Shown here one piece after another: positions 40,560-53,987 of a stretch of DNA of 64,000 bases; position 1 is the stretch's first letter; each line of letters starts with the position of its first letter. The position numbers were made by a program, and so were the translations under genes. The DNA lies in assembly GCA_949358305.1 (NCBI GenBank), contig OX442314.1, positions 23,436,001 through 23,500,000 of the forward strand, written 5' to 3'. The notes below the pieces were generated by a model. That model had not been told where the DNA came from and did not search any database. It was given only the letters and a program-made list of their open reading frames with translations. The DNA is from Strigamia acuminata (Eukaryota).

Positions 40560-42505
40560 TATATATAAAGTCATGATTGAATTCATAAGGAGTAACTAGT
40601 CAATAAGCCTTCGACAGGTTTGTGCGAGATAGTATCAAGAGTTGAAGCCCGAAATGGCAATGTTATCGCCTACGTCCTCATTAAGGATCCCACAGGACCA
40701 CTTGTCCTCATCTGGGATCCCTGCAGGGAGATTTCTGTCACCTGTGCGAATCTCTACTCAGGTGGGCTTGTATTGGAATTATATTTCAAAAAGAGAAATA
40801 ACGTGCAGCTGGTGGAGAAAAAAGTGATAAATATTCAGTTTTAACTCATCAAATATTTTTTTCCTTCGATTCGCCGTTATTTAAATTACATTTGATTTTT
40901 TTTCTTGCACTTTTTTGCCCTCGTGTTTTAGGGAGCACCTGCAATATTTTGATATTATTATTTTCTTGATTATTCAACGGCACACAACTGAGACTTAGTT
41001 GGCAATGTAAGTGAGCAATTACATATGCCCTGTGATTAAAAGAAGAAGAAATTTTTTTTTAATAAATTATGAAAAATAACATTTTTAATGTCTTGAAAGA
41101 AGTTTTTAATTTTTCTAGGGTCAAATTTGAAGTTGTGTGAACAAGGAAAAATAAGCATAGTAAATCTTAAATTAAAAAAAAATATTATTTTCCAAAATGC
41201 AACCTGGATTTCGCCATCCTAAATCCCACGAACTAACATCACACCAATTAATCAATTAAGACCGCCAAGTGAATAAATACTCAACTAGAAGAATGAAAAA
41301 TGATTTGATCGACCTTCAAACTGGTGTTGAGTTTTTATTTCTACAGCTGATATACAGTTTGCGAGGGTATACTGTGTATAAATTCACAAGAAAGTTTATA
41401 AATTTTTGGGTTTGCGGTTTGGGACGCGTGATTTACAACATTTTCATTCACTGCGCATGCGCAACGCATTTTTCCAACCAACTTTCAACACCCATGGCGC
41501 TGTACACAGTTCCACTAAACGTCACAATCAATCAGAGTGGCGCTTCACTCAGATTACTGATTGGTCAATTAAAATGAATGAAAGTTTGGCAATTTAAGTT
41601 GAAATCCATTTTCCCCGCCTGTTTAGTATGTAAAGAGACGTCTTATTTTACGACTTGTGAACTACTTCACAATTCAAGTGACCATTTATGTTTTAACAGA
41701 TGACTGCTAATAGTAGTTACTTGCCTATTTTTCCTCCAGCTCGTCCTCACGGCACGTACCAAGCCTTTTTCCTGTTATAAAACATGGGTGAGGTTATGGC
41801 GGTTCAAATAATGGTTAATTTTTTTCTCTCTTTTTTAATTTCAATGAAGATGTTAAGTCATTAAATTTTTTACAAACTTCCTGCGTGAAAACGTGACTGG
41901 AGTGAGCAGATATTTTTCAAAATTGCGACTACTTTTAATAGTTTTAACAGAAAAAAAGGCCTAGTTTCAAACTATCAAAATGGATTACCGTACGAAAAAA
42001 AATAGGTCTAAAGTGCAATTTTTACCCAAAATTTTATTACTCTTGTGTAAAGATTTTCTTTCTCAATTTTATTTTTTAAATTCAATCTGCAGCCACACCT
42101 GTGAGTTACATTTTTTTGGGACGCACGTCAAGCCAAACGACTCAATTGAATTTTGGGTGTTATGCAACTCAAAATCAAGGATGATTCCTCCCAGACATAC
42201 CTCAGAGACCTAACGCCCAACCTTATAATAAGAGGGTATAAAAGAGGCTCGATATGGGGAATATTTCGACATATTTAAAGTTTTAAAGTAGAAAATCAAA
42301 CGCACTTTTTCATTTTTTCGAACAAAAAAATTAAATTACCAAATTAAAACAAAAAACCTAATTATTCAGTGTACTCCGCACGGACTGGACACAGCATCCT
42401 CCGGAGAGCTGTATGGTCCGAACAGGTTTGCTGGACCCAACCATCACATATTTTCACTCAATTTCATGCAATGTTAAATTCCCACCCCCATGCACAGCCT
42501 CTTAT

Positions 42506-42805
42506 ACTTCGTTTACATGCACCGAATATTTTGAGTGGTGAATAAATCGAATGGTGAGAAAATCAAATTGTTGTGTTTACATGCAGAAAATAATTCGTGA
42601 TCACTTTCAGTTTTCGACCAATGAGGAAGTGCCGGAAGCGATGCGCGCATGCGCAATAAAAATAGTTTGAGTTCACTCGAATTAAACAACCTTCTGCGAG
42701 GGATTATTCACTACTCGAATAATCCTTATCATCCCTGTTTACATGACAGTTGTGCACACAAAATATTTCATCTTACTCGAAATATTCTGTGCATGTAAAC
42801 GTACT
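42506..42805. mobile_element. MITE with GTTTACATGCA termini (possibly PIF/Harbinger-like)
   Basis: Inverted ends CGTTTACATGCACCGAATATTT / AAATATTCTGTGCATGTAAACG, with further internal GTTTACATG copies. Confidence 0.7.
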
Positions 42806-42806
42806 A

Positions 42807-43230
42807 TAGGGTGTCCCAAAAATAACGCAAGATTTGAATTAGCCGCCATTTGTGCAATAAATTGTTGGCAACCCTGAAACAACAACGATTTGACAGCTGA
42901 AAGTTTAGGGTTTTATCTGCCGAAATTGGATTATATTGATGTGGCCAATATGTGGTTTCAACAAGACGGTGCCACATGCCATATTGCCATACAACCATGA
43001 AAACAATACAATTACTGCATGAGACATCACCAGTTTCGGTGATCAGAATTGGCCCCTTTTTCTTGCACCGTCTTGTTGAAACCACATATTGGCCACATCA
43101 ATATAATCCAATTTCGGCAGATAAAACCCTAAACTTTCAGCTGTCAAATCGTTGTTGTTTCAGGGTTGCCAACAATTTACTGCACAAATGGCGGTTAATT
43201 CAAATCTTGCGTTATTTTTGGGACACCCTT
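42807..43230. mobile_element. Tc1/mariner-derived foldback MITE with 166-bp inverted arms containing transposase sequence
   Basis: Arms 42807-42972 and 43065-43230 are near-perfect reverse complements with TA on both flanks. The left arm plus spacer translates FYLPKLDYIDVANMWFQQDGATCH...KTIQLLHET. Confidence 0.9.
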
Positions 43231-45876
43231 TATTAGTCCGCACAACCTTCTGAGACCCGTCCTATGTCCGGTCCATACAGAGTACACTGTACGATTACAT
43301 AAAATTTATTGAGTTTTTAATTTCCCTAAATAATTCTTTATGTTAGTTAGTACTTCAATTCATTTACCTACAAATTTTGTGCCAAACAAATGTAAAAAAA
43401 ACTCTAAATTTTCATCATACGAGTCCAAAACTATTTCAAGACAAGCCTCTTGCTTTCATCTTTGCATTTATTCCATTTCATAACCATTCCTTCAATCCGA
43501 AAATTGCTATTCAATATTTCATCCATTTTCTTTCCTTCAATTGTTCTACCATAACCACATTTCCATATTTTCGTTTGATCTTCAAATCCTCAGCTAACAT
43601 TCAATCCAATGCACCCAGTGTTAACACATCTGTATATTCACTCTACAGCCATAAAACTATACTTTCCCTTGTATATAACTCCGGGTCACCTGCTCAATCA
43701 ACTTTTTTCCATTTCAAACAGACCTCCCGAGATGTCTCACCTGTCTCCACCTGTGTGCATAAATAAGACGACCCCCGCATTGATATGCCACACGTGCAGG
43801 CACCACCTCACTTCAAAGATCAAAGGGTTAATCAACCCAACCCTAAACGCGTGTACACACATGAGAAAGTGACAGACTCGCAAGAAAATCTTCACTTATT
43901 GTCGTGTCGTGCGTTTGACAAATGACATTTGACGCTGCCATTTCTCTTTTTAATACATTCCAACTGACTATAAATTTTACAACTCCAGCTCCGAGCCAAG
44001 GATATGCCCGCAATTCACACATTATTTCAATAAAAACCCCTCAATTCTCGACCGACAAACATCTTAAACGACCATACACACAAGTTTAAAAAAAAATAAA
44101 AAAATAAAAAATTTAAGTATCACCACAAAAGGCCAATGAAATTTGAGACGAACAACCTTGTGCAAGTCAGTCATCAATGAGGGGGTGATATTTTAATTTT
44201 TAATGACTTTCCAACTTGAGAATGGAATCATGGTGGACCAGTTTCCACACCCGCTATTCACACACCAACTAACACAATGGAACAAGTCGTCCCTTTTTAA
44301 TGAATTTATTTAAAATTTTCTACACAAAAAATCATTTCCACCTCTTCTTTCAAAGGTGGGGCTAAACGATGTGGGTGATAATGATAAGAAGGAAAAAAAA
44401 TACAACCCACCTGCCCATGCATTGTACTGACACACTAACATTACCACACCAAAATCAGAACTCATTTTTCGATTGTGGGTTTAAAATTTCTGCCCCTTGG
44501 TAGTTCCAGCCAAAGATTAAGTTAGACTTCTCTGCTTGGCAAGTAAGAAAAACTATAAACACCAGCTAGCGTTCAAGTGGCTGCTGGTAACTGAGCATGC
44601 TCAGTTGTGTCTTCACTAGCAGCATCTAGCGAGGATTATTGTCAAAAGTCTTCGCAGGCTTACAGCGCTAATCATGCGTTGTTCCATAGTTCCAAAATAA
44701 AATAGCGGTAATTTCGTTTGCTTCATTTATTCATCATCGTACATTCTTGTTTGTTTTATAACATAGCCATAACCATTCATAAATTCAGTAAAATTACGCT
44801 GACAAAAACCCCCAAATCGTTTGATCGTACTACAAACAAAAACCGAACGGAGCTTACCCACGCACAAGGTAAGATTAAATAAAGCAAACTCAGTTTTCCT
44901 AATGAGGTTCTTCACTTTCCCTTTTGCTTGTTCAAGTCGCGTGCAAAGAACAATAAAATTACTCCCTTCGGTAAGCCGAAAAAAGGATAACAGTATTTTT
45001 AAATAGAGCATATACTATGAGTTTATCTTCTATCACAGAACGAGATAATTAAGAGGAAGCTTTTTTGTTAAAAGTAAAAAAAAAAATGAAAATGAAAACA
45101 TCTCAGAGAAAACTGATAACCTAAAACTAAAGAAATTAAATACGAGAAGAAAAAAGTGAAATTTATCTGTACCTTCACCCAGATTTGCAGTCGAAACGAA
45201 ATTTAAACTCGACACCTATCAAGTGGTCTAAAATTAGGCTAATTACCATAAGCAACCAGTAATCAGATGTTCTACTTGAGCCATTAAATCACCATGCATA
45301 ATTTACACTATAATTATACACGAGGTGTATTGTTAACGACGCATTAATGCATATAAATTGCTGGAGTGTTAGACTTCTGAATAGATCTTGATGTTTCTAG
45401 AGCACTCAAAAGGACAGTGTATCGTTTCCAGAGGCTTCTCTAATTAACATATCACATGAACCACACAAAGAAGCCTTTGCTCCATTGCAAGGCCATTTAT
45501 GCCAATGCCGTTTATCGATATTAGGAGAAACGAAGACTGCAAAAAAACCAATCGACAAAAGATTGGAAAAACTACCTTAACAGTGAAAGTCAAAAGGAAC
45601 CTTTATATCAAATTTACTTTCCTTTCTGTCTTAGGGAAATGGTTGTCAATTTCATTACGTTCTTGTGACATATTGAAAGCTGTTTCATAGAACTAAGACC
45701 AAAAAGTACGGATATAAATGTGCCAATCTTCATATCCACACTGAATATTTGTACTAGGACGCTAGGGTATATCGCAGTTTCATTTCCATGTAAGACAAAG
45801 AAATAATGATTCGTAGTCACATTTCTCCTTAACCAGTTGAACCACAGACCTCCTGACTATGCTGGTCAGGTGCCTG

Positions 45877-46318
45877 CTATACTCGAGTTGCAGTCAAAAA
45901 GGCACTTTACAAGGTGTAGTCCTATTGGTCGAGCCAGTTTACTGGTGTAGTGATCCGGAAAAGTAGACCCAAACACCAGAATTGCATTACAAAGTACAGA
46001 CATTGCAATCGATTGCCTAGGCAATAAATTGCCTAGGCCTTAAATTCAAAATTCCAGACGAAGTAACCAATAAACACAACAAACATGAATTTGACATTTT
46101 TTAATGTGTAAAACTTCATTTTAATGATGGAAATAACATTTTTTATTAAATAAAATCAAAATAACATTAACTAAACTAGTCATAACAATCACAACAATAA
46201 ATAAAAATCAAAACTACTTCTCCTAGTAGTAGTATACAGTCTGGAGTTAGTAGTAAACTGGCTCGACCAATGGGACTACACCTTGTAAAGTGCCTTTTTG
46301 ACTGCAACTCGAGTATAG
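45877..46318. mobile_element. MITE family C, copy 2
   Basis: About 68-bp TIR CTATACTCGAGTTGCAGTCAAAAAGGCACTTTACAAGGTGTAGTCC(T/C)ATTGGTCGAGCCAGTTTACT; shares AAACACCAGAATTGCATTA, AACCAATAAAC and CAAAACTACTT with 33977-34375. Confidence 0.88.
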
Positions 46319-46689
46319 AGTCTGTACTATTGGATTTGAGTGTTTGTTTGTACCGCCAGGTGAATTGTTTCTCCTGTACACAGAAAGGTCTGATTGACAT
46401 ATTGGTGCTTGACCAATTAGGATCAAACACATTATTTACTGCTGAATATTTAAGTGTATTAAATTAGAATAAAGATTCATCGTTTGAAACTAATCACCAC
46501 GTGTTGTATCCAGTTAACTCAACATTTGAGCGTTAAAAAACTACATGTACTGTATCTGATATCTTGATGTCATAATTCTGTCCAGTCCAAAAAACATTCG
46601 ATCAGGCCAGTGTATTTTCTTTTGTCTGAACAAAGACTGATTAGGCCACACTGTTGTCCCATCTAGATAGGTTGCAAATAGGCGATAAG

Positions 46690-48126
46690 CAGCCTCTGTG
46701 GAAAGGAAAGCTGAGACCAAACCGTCTGCTGAATTGCAGGAGATATATGACGACGATGTTGTTGAATTTTCCGACACAACTGTGTCATTTGGGCACATGG
46801 TTCCCGCGATGAAGAAATTTTCCCGCCCTACCGGCCACAATTGAGCTGCTGGAACAAGTTCTCCCAACTTTTATGTATTCTAAAACGATTGACGACAGTG
46901 CATTCTTCCGCGGTCACATCTATGCATCAGACGATGTTTAAATTATCATGAAATTATCATACGGTAGCAGGAGACAATATGCTTGAAGTAGCGAGCAATT
47001 CCATACGGTTCCAAATGGACGGCCCTTTCAAAATAGTGCCGCAGCTGTTTTATCAGCTGTTCACTATTTTTGTAGAAAAAAATGATGTTGTTTTACCATT
47101 TTTCTTTGCTTCAATGTCGGGAAAGACGGAAGTGGCGTACAAGGCACTATTCAGCCATCTTAAGGACACGTTAAACTTATTTAGGCGCGCCAAATCTAAT
47201 TTCCTTACTGACTCCGAGAATAGTCTGTTCCCCGCAATTCAGCACATTTTTCCTAAAGCAAGCAACCAGGGATGCTGGTTTCACTTTTGTCAAGCATTGT
47301 GGCGCAAAGTTCAGCAGTTGGGTCTTACGATTGATTACAAGAACATCCCTGAAGTTCGTAGCACAGTAAAACAGGCGATGGCATTGCCTTTAATACCCGC
47401 GGAAGGCATTCCTGAGCAACTAGAATGTGTTTGGGAAGTATTTGTGGAGACAAACTTCACAATTGAAACAGATCTTAAGGTGTATTTGTTTATCAAGTAT
47501 ATTCGTAACATAAATGGATCACATCGATGGGAGTCCAAAGAATGACCGTGTATGAACAACCAAACAGAACAAACAACACAGTGGAATCGTTCCATGCAGG
47601 TTTGGCGAGACAGATCAAAATTTCCCATCCAAATACCTGGACATTCCTTGGATTCATGACTAAACTCAAGCACGTAACATACTGTGATTATGTTCTGTTG
47701 CAGCAGGGCCAGTTGCCACGACGAGGAGGGGCACTCAAGTATGCGTTACATGATCATAAAGTGACTGCTATTGTAGCTCGCTTCAAGGATAACCTCCTAT
47801 CTATTCCTCAATTCCTGGTTCGATTGGTACATGCAACACCAAACTTTGAAAACTTTGCAATTGGGAACCGAGTACATGTTGCAAATAAACGGCAGGTCAG
47901 AGAGAGGGTTCGCTGTCAAAATTTATTGGTTCCGAATGAAGCAGCAGTGGCTGGTGCAGAGGTTGAAGACGACGTAGGAGAAGTTGAACAGGTGGACGTT
48001 GAACATGAAGTGGAAATGCAAATTCTGGAAGAACCGTCGCTAAAACATGCTACAAATTTGCATGTTTTTGCTAAAATGGGCATTTTACTATTCACAACAT
48101 TACGATTTGAGTGTTTTCGATCTTGA
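46690..48126 (+). pseudogene. Decayed Mutator-like (MULE) transposase
   Basis: ORF 46979..47545 has MDGPFKIVPQLFYQLFTI, FLTDSE and GCWFHFCQALWRKVQQLGL. ORF 47527..48126 continues in another frame with RTNNTVESFH...HPNTWTFL. These are the D, D, CxxH and E motifs of MULE transposases. Frameshift near 47515 and further disruptions upstream; element ends not found. Confidence 0.88.
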
Positions 48127-51100
48127 ATCAAGACCGAATGAAGGTAAAGCAGTAATGAAAGTTTTTTTTTTTTTAATAATTTATTATAACATTATTTTCT
48201 TGATTGGTATTTAATGACCCATAAGAAACAACAAAAATATTGTAATTAACCCCCTTCCAAACAAATTATATTCCACATTCAAACCACCTGATGAATCAAG
48301 ATGTTTTTACCACAAGGATAACGCATCAATTACCAGACTAATGTGAATGAAAAATGGTCATCTAGATAAAACGGTCCAATTAAAATCGATCAACTAAAAA
48401 TTAAAAAACAGCCTTAGCCCCAATCACAACCATTGCTCATAGGATCACATAAATTTGGAAAATAGGTTGGGATTCTGCCCGACAACGTTTAACATCACCT
48501 GACCTCATTACAACGAAACAATTAGTTCACTTACACTCAATTACTTTGCACATTATACTTGATATTTTTTCTCTTCCAATTTTCTTTTACGGCACTTTAA
48601 TAACAGTTCCATTTCTTATCTACATTTTTGTGAAAACAACTCGCTGCCCATGACTATACCTGAATTGTAATTGCTATTTCCAACAACAATAAGATATAAT
48701 TTATTTTGCAAATTCAGTTTCATGTTGGCCCTTATGTCGTTATTAGGCCACCAGACGTATAAGTTACGTAAATCGAGGCCTCGGCAAGCCAAACAACACT
48801 TTTCAAGCAGACAATCCAACAATTTCGTAAAAATTAAACAAAAACAAAAAAAACAATTTTTTTCACTCAATTTCACCCTTAAATGTGACAAAACTGCGCC
48901 TAACCGCCACTAGAGTGTGAGAACAGCTCGAGGTGACCCAACTGAGTTCAATTAGTCACTTAAAAATTCCAATTAAAACATTCAGTTCGAAATTATTCAT
49001 TAAAACAATTCAAACTCCGCCATTTTTCTTCATATACAATTCTGTTCTACAAGCATTTAAAAACCTCGACATAATAATCTACAATTACAACAACATTAAC
49101 ACGAATTAAAATTCATACAAAATCTTAACCCAAAAACAGCAAATAAAATATGTACCACAAAAAAAAAAAAAAAAAAAAAAACAATTAACACTTTTAAAAT
49201 TAAATTGAAAAAGGCAAATAGCAAGAAAAGTATTTAGGAGAGGTGGTCAGTGCCACAAGTGCCACCTATCGAATGATTCACGTCTATTAAACAACACTGG
49301 AGTGGCCAACGCATACAAATGGCCTGATTAAACTTCACTGCGTGCTTCCGGACGATTTGCGGCTGCTTAACAACCACCAGAACCAGACTGATTTAAAAGT
49401 GTTAGAATTCCCACAGCAATCAGAAAAACGAATTAAAAACCAAATAAAACCAGTCAAAAATGTCGCAAACTCATTTCCTCCTTCCCTTAATTAATCAACA
49501 CGCAACAACAAAGTCCAAACACGTGTCAGCTCCAAATAATAGGTTGAGACACCTAGTGCCAATACGTCAAAACCAGCGCCCAAAAAGAAGACGACAGCTG
49601 ACCTGCATTATGAACTCGCGAGACCCACAGCGAGTAGCCCATTACACACCCACGCCATCTGGTGACCAATGTCATAAATCAAAAGGTCAACTAAGCCTTC
49701 TTAATAAATTTGGATAAATCATTGATGAATATCAGCAAATGTCAATGTTTTCTCAACACTCATAACCCCCACTCGTTTTTAAAATCTTAAACTATATTTT
49801 ATTCACTTCGTCCGCAAAAACAACACAGCAGAAAGCGTTCCACAATGAATTCTTTCAACAGTGACGTCATTCCGAAAAATTTCAAGTGCACCAGTTCCTT
49901 TCAAGGTCGCTAGATGGGGTGGGCGCATCGGATGACGCTTCAAATTTTTTTCTCCATCTTCCCTCATATATTTGATGGGGTCCACGAGCACAGGATGTAT
50001 CCACAGAGCCCTCTCGTGCAGGAGAGAAGAAGGGTGCTCCATAAACACACAAAGGTAAGTCCAACATCTCTTATTTCAACCTTCAATTGAGAATTCCACG
50101 CACAAAAAGAAAAATATCTAAAAAATTCCACATTAAACTCGAGTTCAAAGGGTTAAAATTGTCATTTAAAATAAAAAAAAACACCAAAAAAAAAAAAAAA
50201 AAATTCGGAACGTGGGAAAGTAAGTGCAACATGCAACAATGACATACTACCAACAATCAGCAGTGACATTCAAGCACAAAAAAAAATTCAATTCAAACAG
50301 GCCTAACTAAGGTGAGAGGTTAGACGAATATAGGACATAGGTATGTCAACATTCAAATAAGAAAACTCGACCTAAGACCTAAAAGGATTAAATCAAATAA
50401 GACTTAATAAAAAAAAATCCAAACTCAGTGGGCCTACAGTGTAATTCCCATTCACCAAAGGCAGGAGCATTCAATTCTTTTTTGTATTAAGAAACTTGAC
50501 AGGTTGGGGTCATAAAATAAGCCTAACTTACATTCACGTCTTGATTTACATTACGCATAGTGATAATATCATGTACAACTTTCACATCCCATCAAATTTA
50601 TTGGTATAGTAAATTTGTTAGCAACAATTTTCACAAACTATGATGCAACTACCAATAAGTCAATTGCAACTAAATTTCTTTTTTTAATAATTTAAAAAAG
50701 AAAAAAAAAATCTTATTGGTTCCATTAAACTTGAACCAAATCCTTTCTAATTTTTTTTTTAAATGTAATAATTAAAAAAAAAAAAAATTGGTACATTAAA
50801 GATGGCCTTTTCATATAAGCATGAAGTTGCCTAAGGGTGAGGCGGGTTGGTGGACTCCTCCTACTGATTGGTCACTGCAATAAACCAGGTTATAAGTTTG
50901 ACTTCCCTCCTTACACTTCAGTGGTCTGACTATAATTTTTACTAACAAAAAAACTAAAGCAAAAAAGTTATAAACGTTTTGTACACACTAAGCGCTTTGT
51001 GGCACGACTTAGGTCTGTAAGGGGCAATGGGTCTGGTCTGCAATAAATGGTATTGATGGCCGAATTCTTTCACCAAACTTTAATTATACACAACTAGCTG

Positions 51101-51375
51101 TCACGACATATACATTTTAAATAGTTTTGATTGTAATTAACATAAAGAAACTTGTTTCGCACTGTGTTATGAAAAAGAATTCAATAAAAATTGTCATTAC
51201 ATATTTACATACGCGAAGGGTTGATTTTCAGTTGTTAGTGAATTGCAGCAAAGCTCCGAAAAATATACAGTATTTGATTCTAAAGGCTAGTTCGCAATGC
51301 TGCGACGTGAATTCAGAACTGAAAATTTTCAATTCTCTTTTTCGACGCGATTTGTTGCGCGATGAAGTCGATTTT

Positions 51376-51500
51376 CTTCGCTTTTCCCCATATAAACATC
51401 TCTTGTTTGTTGTGTCTTGAATCTTAGGATAGAAGTTTCTTTTCTGTTGGTGGTACGAAAGTTAGTGTGCATCTTACAAGCGATGGTGTCTTAGAATACA
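51376..51500 (-). mobile_element. MITE family B, partial copy
   Basis: Reverse complement TTGTAAGATGCACACTAACTTTCGTACCACCAACAGAAAA...AAGATTCAAGAC...GAGATGTTTATA aligns with 61185-61290. Confidence 0.6.
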
Positions 51501-53987
51501 CATTTTCTTGCAATGGTTTTGTGCGCTGAAGAAGCGAAATTTTAGTTGCGACGCCATTCGGAAATAAAAATCTATTTACTGACAACTTTCGTACTGGCAT
51601 TCGCACTATCATTAACTACAGTGTTCGCCCAGTATCTTGCTTGATGTCAAATTCAAATATTAAATTTTATTTTTTGGACATGAAAACACAAAAGTCTAAA
51701 ATCGTTTATTGCACACGAGTGAATAGTGTTGTTATTTCTAAAAATCATGTAATTGTTGTGTTTATGTGCGCCCAGACAGGGATTTTTCGGTTTGATTTTG
51801 GAATCAAGATACCAAGCAGACTGTAGGTGCATTCAAGGTTTCTGTTTTGCTGTTTCTAACTTTATATACAAACAAATTGAATAAAAAAACATAAAAAAAA
51901 CCATAAAACCATCATCAAAAATTGAAAAAAAAAACAAAAATCACACTGTAATCATTTTATGTCTATTGGTTTTGGTTTTTACTACCAAATTAAAAATGAC
52001 TGCCATGCAAGTTAAAACAGCGGTCAAACATGAAATTGTTATAGTGCTTACAGGTGAAGCATCTACCAGCAAAAACCGTGAGTAAAAGCATAATTGTGTC
52101 TAAAGAAGTTCACTGGGTGTAAATATAAAATTTAAAATTTAAAATTCAAAATTCAAACGAATTTAAAAATATAAACAGGTTTAAATAACCTCATGAATGC
52201 GCCTAGAAACTTTAAATGCACCAGTCTAAAAAAAATCATTGAAAACACAAACTCTCTCCTCACTTATTGCCTCGTTTAACTCTCATGTATGACATTACAT
52301 TTCCACCGTGTAAAAAACCTAAACCATCATTTGTCAGTTTCGACCCTAAGGGTTGGGTCATCATCGATCATTCGTCTCGATGATGACCCTAAGTCATAAG
52401 GTCAAAGCGTCACGCATCCTCAATGCAACAGACAAATCTAAAACCGCACTATAGTGACAATCCCACCTTAAAACTTAAAAATCCTATTCCTCCAATCAAA
52501 AACCAATAACAAATTGCAAATAAATGCCCAAACCCCTTCCTTGGATAACTTTCGCTCAACCTTGTTTTTGCAAATTTCTTAAATCAGTTCCAAGGTTGAA
52601 TTCGGCTCGAAAAAGCAACGAATAAAAGAGGGTCAGCTGTGCAATCGAGTCTATTGTACCGCAAAATATCCGATAAGATTAAACTTCGGTGTATAAGTAA
52701 AGCGGGGGTGTGGTGTGGTGTGGAAACCAAGTCGGCTACCACGATAACTTGCAGAGGACCTTCCCCCGGGCCCACAGCACGAACGACTACTGGTCAAAAA
52801 CAACAATACAACATTTTACGCATTCAAACTCCAAACTCCAAACTCAAAATTTTAATTGCTTCAATCAACGTTTATAATAAACACTAATTTTGTACTCAAG
52901 TGTAAATCAATTACAAGGACGACAGATGGTATCGAGAAGGTGTGGCGGTTATTTTTGGGTTCTCGAAGTCAGTAAACTCTTCAGCGGAAGGGCGAAGCTC
53001 ACATTGGAGATTCAATTTGGGCGGAGTCTATATTCCTCAAATTTAAGAAACCATTAATTGCAAATCTGTTCCGCAGTTTAAATTAACAATCACAAAATTG
53101 CAAAATTATTCTTTTTCTCCCCCTGAACTTCTGATATCGTTTGAAACAATCTAAACAGCCGAGACGTTAAAGTCTTTCGCATCCGTGGATTCCGTACATG
53201 TCAATGACACGTCGATGCTGAATTAGTGTCTAAATCGTAAGAAAAAGGTCCAAAAAACGAAGAAAAACGTCAAAATTAGCCTCCGAACCCCGAACCCTAC
53301 GAATTTCAGCTATAAAACACCACCACCCCCAAAACTAGCATCTATAGCACCTTTAAATCTGTCGTGTACTAAATCCCGTGTTTAACTCACACCTGGAACC
53401 CCACACTGCTTATTATTCAATAAAATGTAGGGTTTCCCAAAACCCGATGGGTCACGTCAAGAATGATGGAAGAGGCAAGCAGGGGTTCAATAACTCCAGG
53501 CATAAAAAAGGTAGGGGGGTCCGTCTCCATCTTTCCATCTCAATTAGAAAGGGGGGGAGGGAGGGAGGCGGGCCTTTCTTCCTCTACACAGCACAGCAGC
53601 AATAATCTGTCAGAGTCACGAGGCTGTTCGTGACCCACGCCACGCGCTTCTCACCCCTTTACATCACGATTTTTAAAAAGTTAAAAATAAAAAAAATTTT
53701 TTTTAAAAGAAAAAAAATACATTTTTAATTTTTTTTATTTCTAAATAATTATAAAAATAAAAACTTTGGATTTTCAAAAAATCCCATTACAAATTACATA
53801 CATTACCCTTTCCACTTTTCGGCCTTATATTCCATCCGCGACCTCGGAATAATCTGACAGGTAATTATCTAAGGACTAATTAACTTTTCGATAAAAGTGT
53901 GTCATTGTATATTGCAGAAAGTGCTGAGCAGAGAAAAATAGTCCAGTTTCTTTAACCGACTCATTGGAGCCCTTTTCTCAACTAGAG

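Larger units (their letters stand above)
42367..43289. mobile_element. Old pogo/Tigger-like MITE hosting two younger insertions
   Basis: About 28-bp imperfect TIR CAGTGTACTCCGCACGGACTGGACACAG / CTATGTCCGGTCCATACAGAGTACACTG; TA on the right flank. Confidence 0.7.

Noticed and set aside
40610..40844. Exon-like GC-richer segment with a 74-aa ORF
   Set aside because: No recognisable protein similarity, weak acceptor and no partner exons.
42804..43236. Two near-identical ORFs on opposite strands
   Set aside because: Artefact of the palindromic MITE; the informative transposase peptide is in another frame.
43560..43598. Minus-strand CTGAGGA-TTTGA-AGA-TCAAA-C-GAAA hammerhead-like string
   Set aside because: Lacks the usual G-C pair closing stem II, has G at the cleavage position and no stem I; likely chance.
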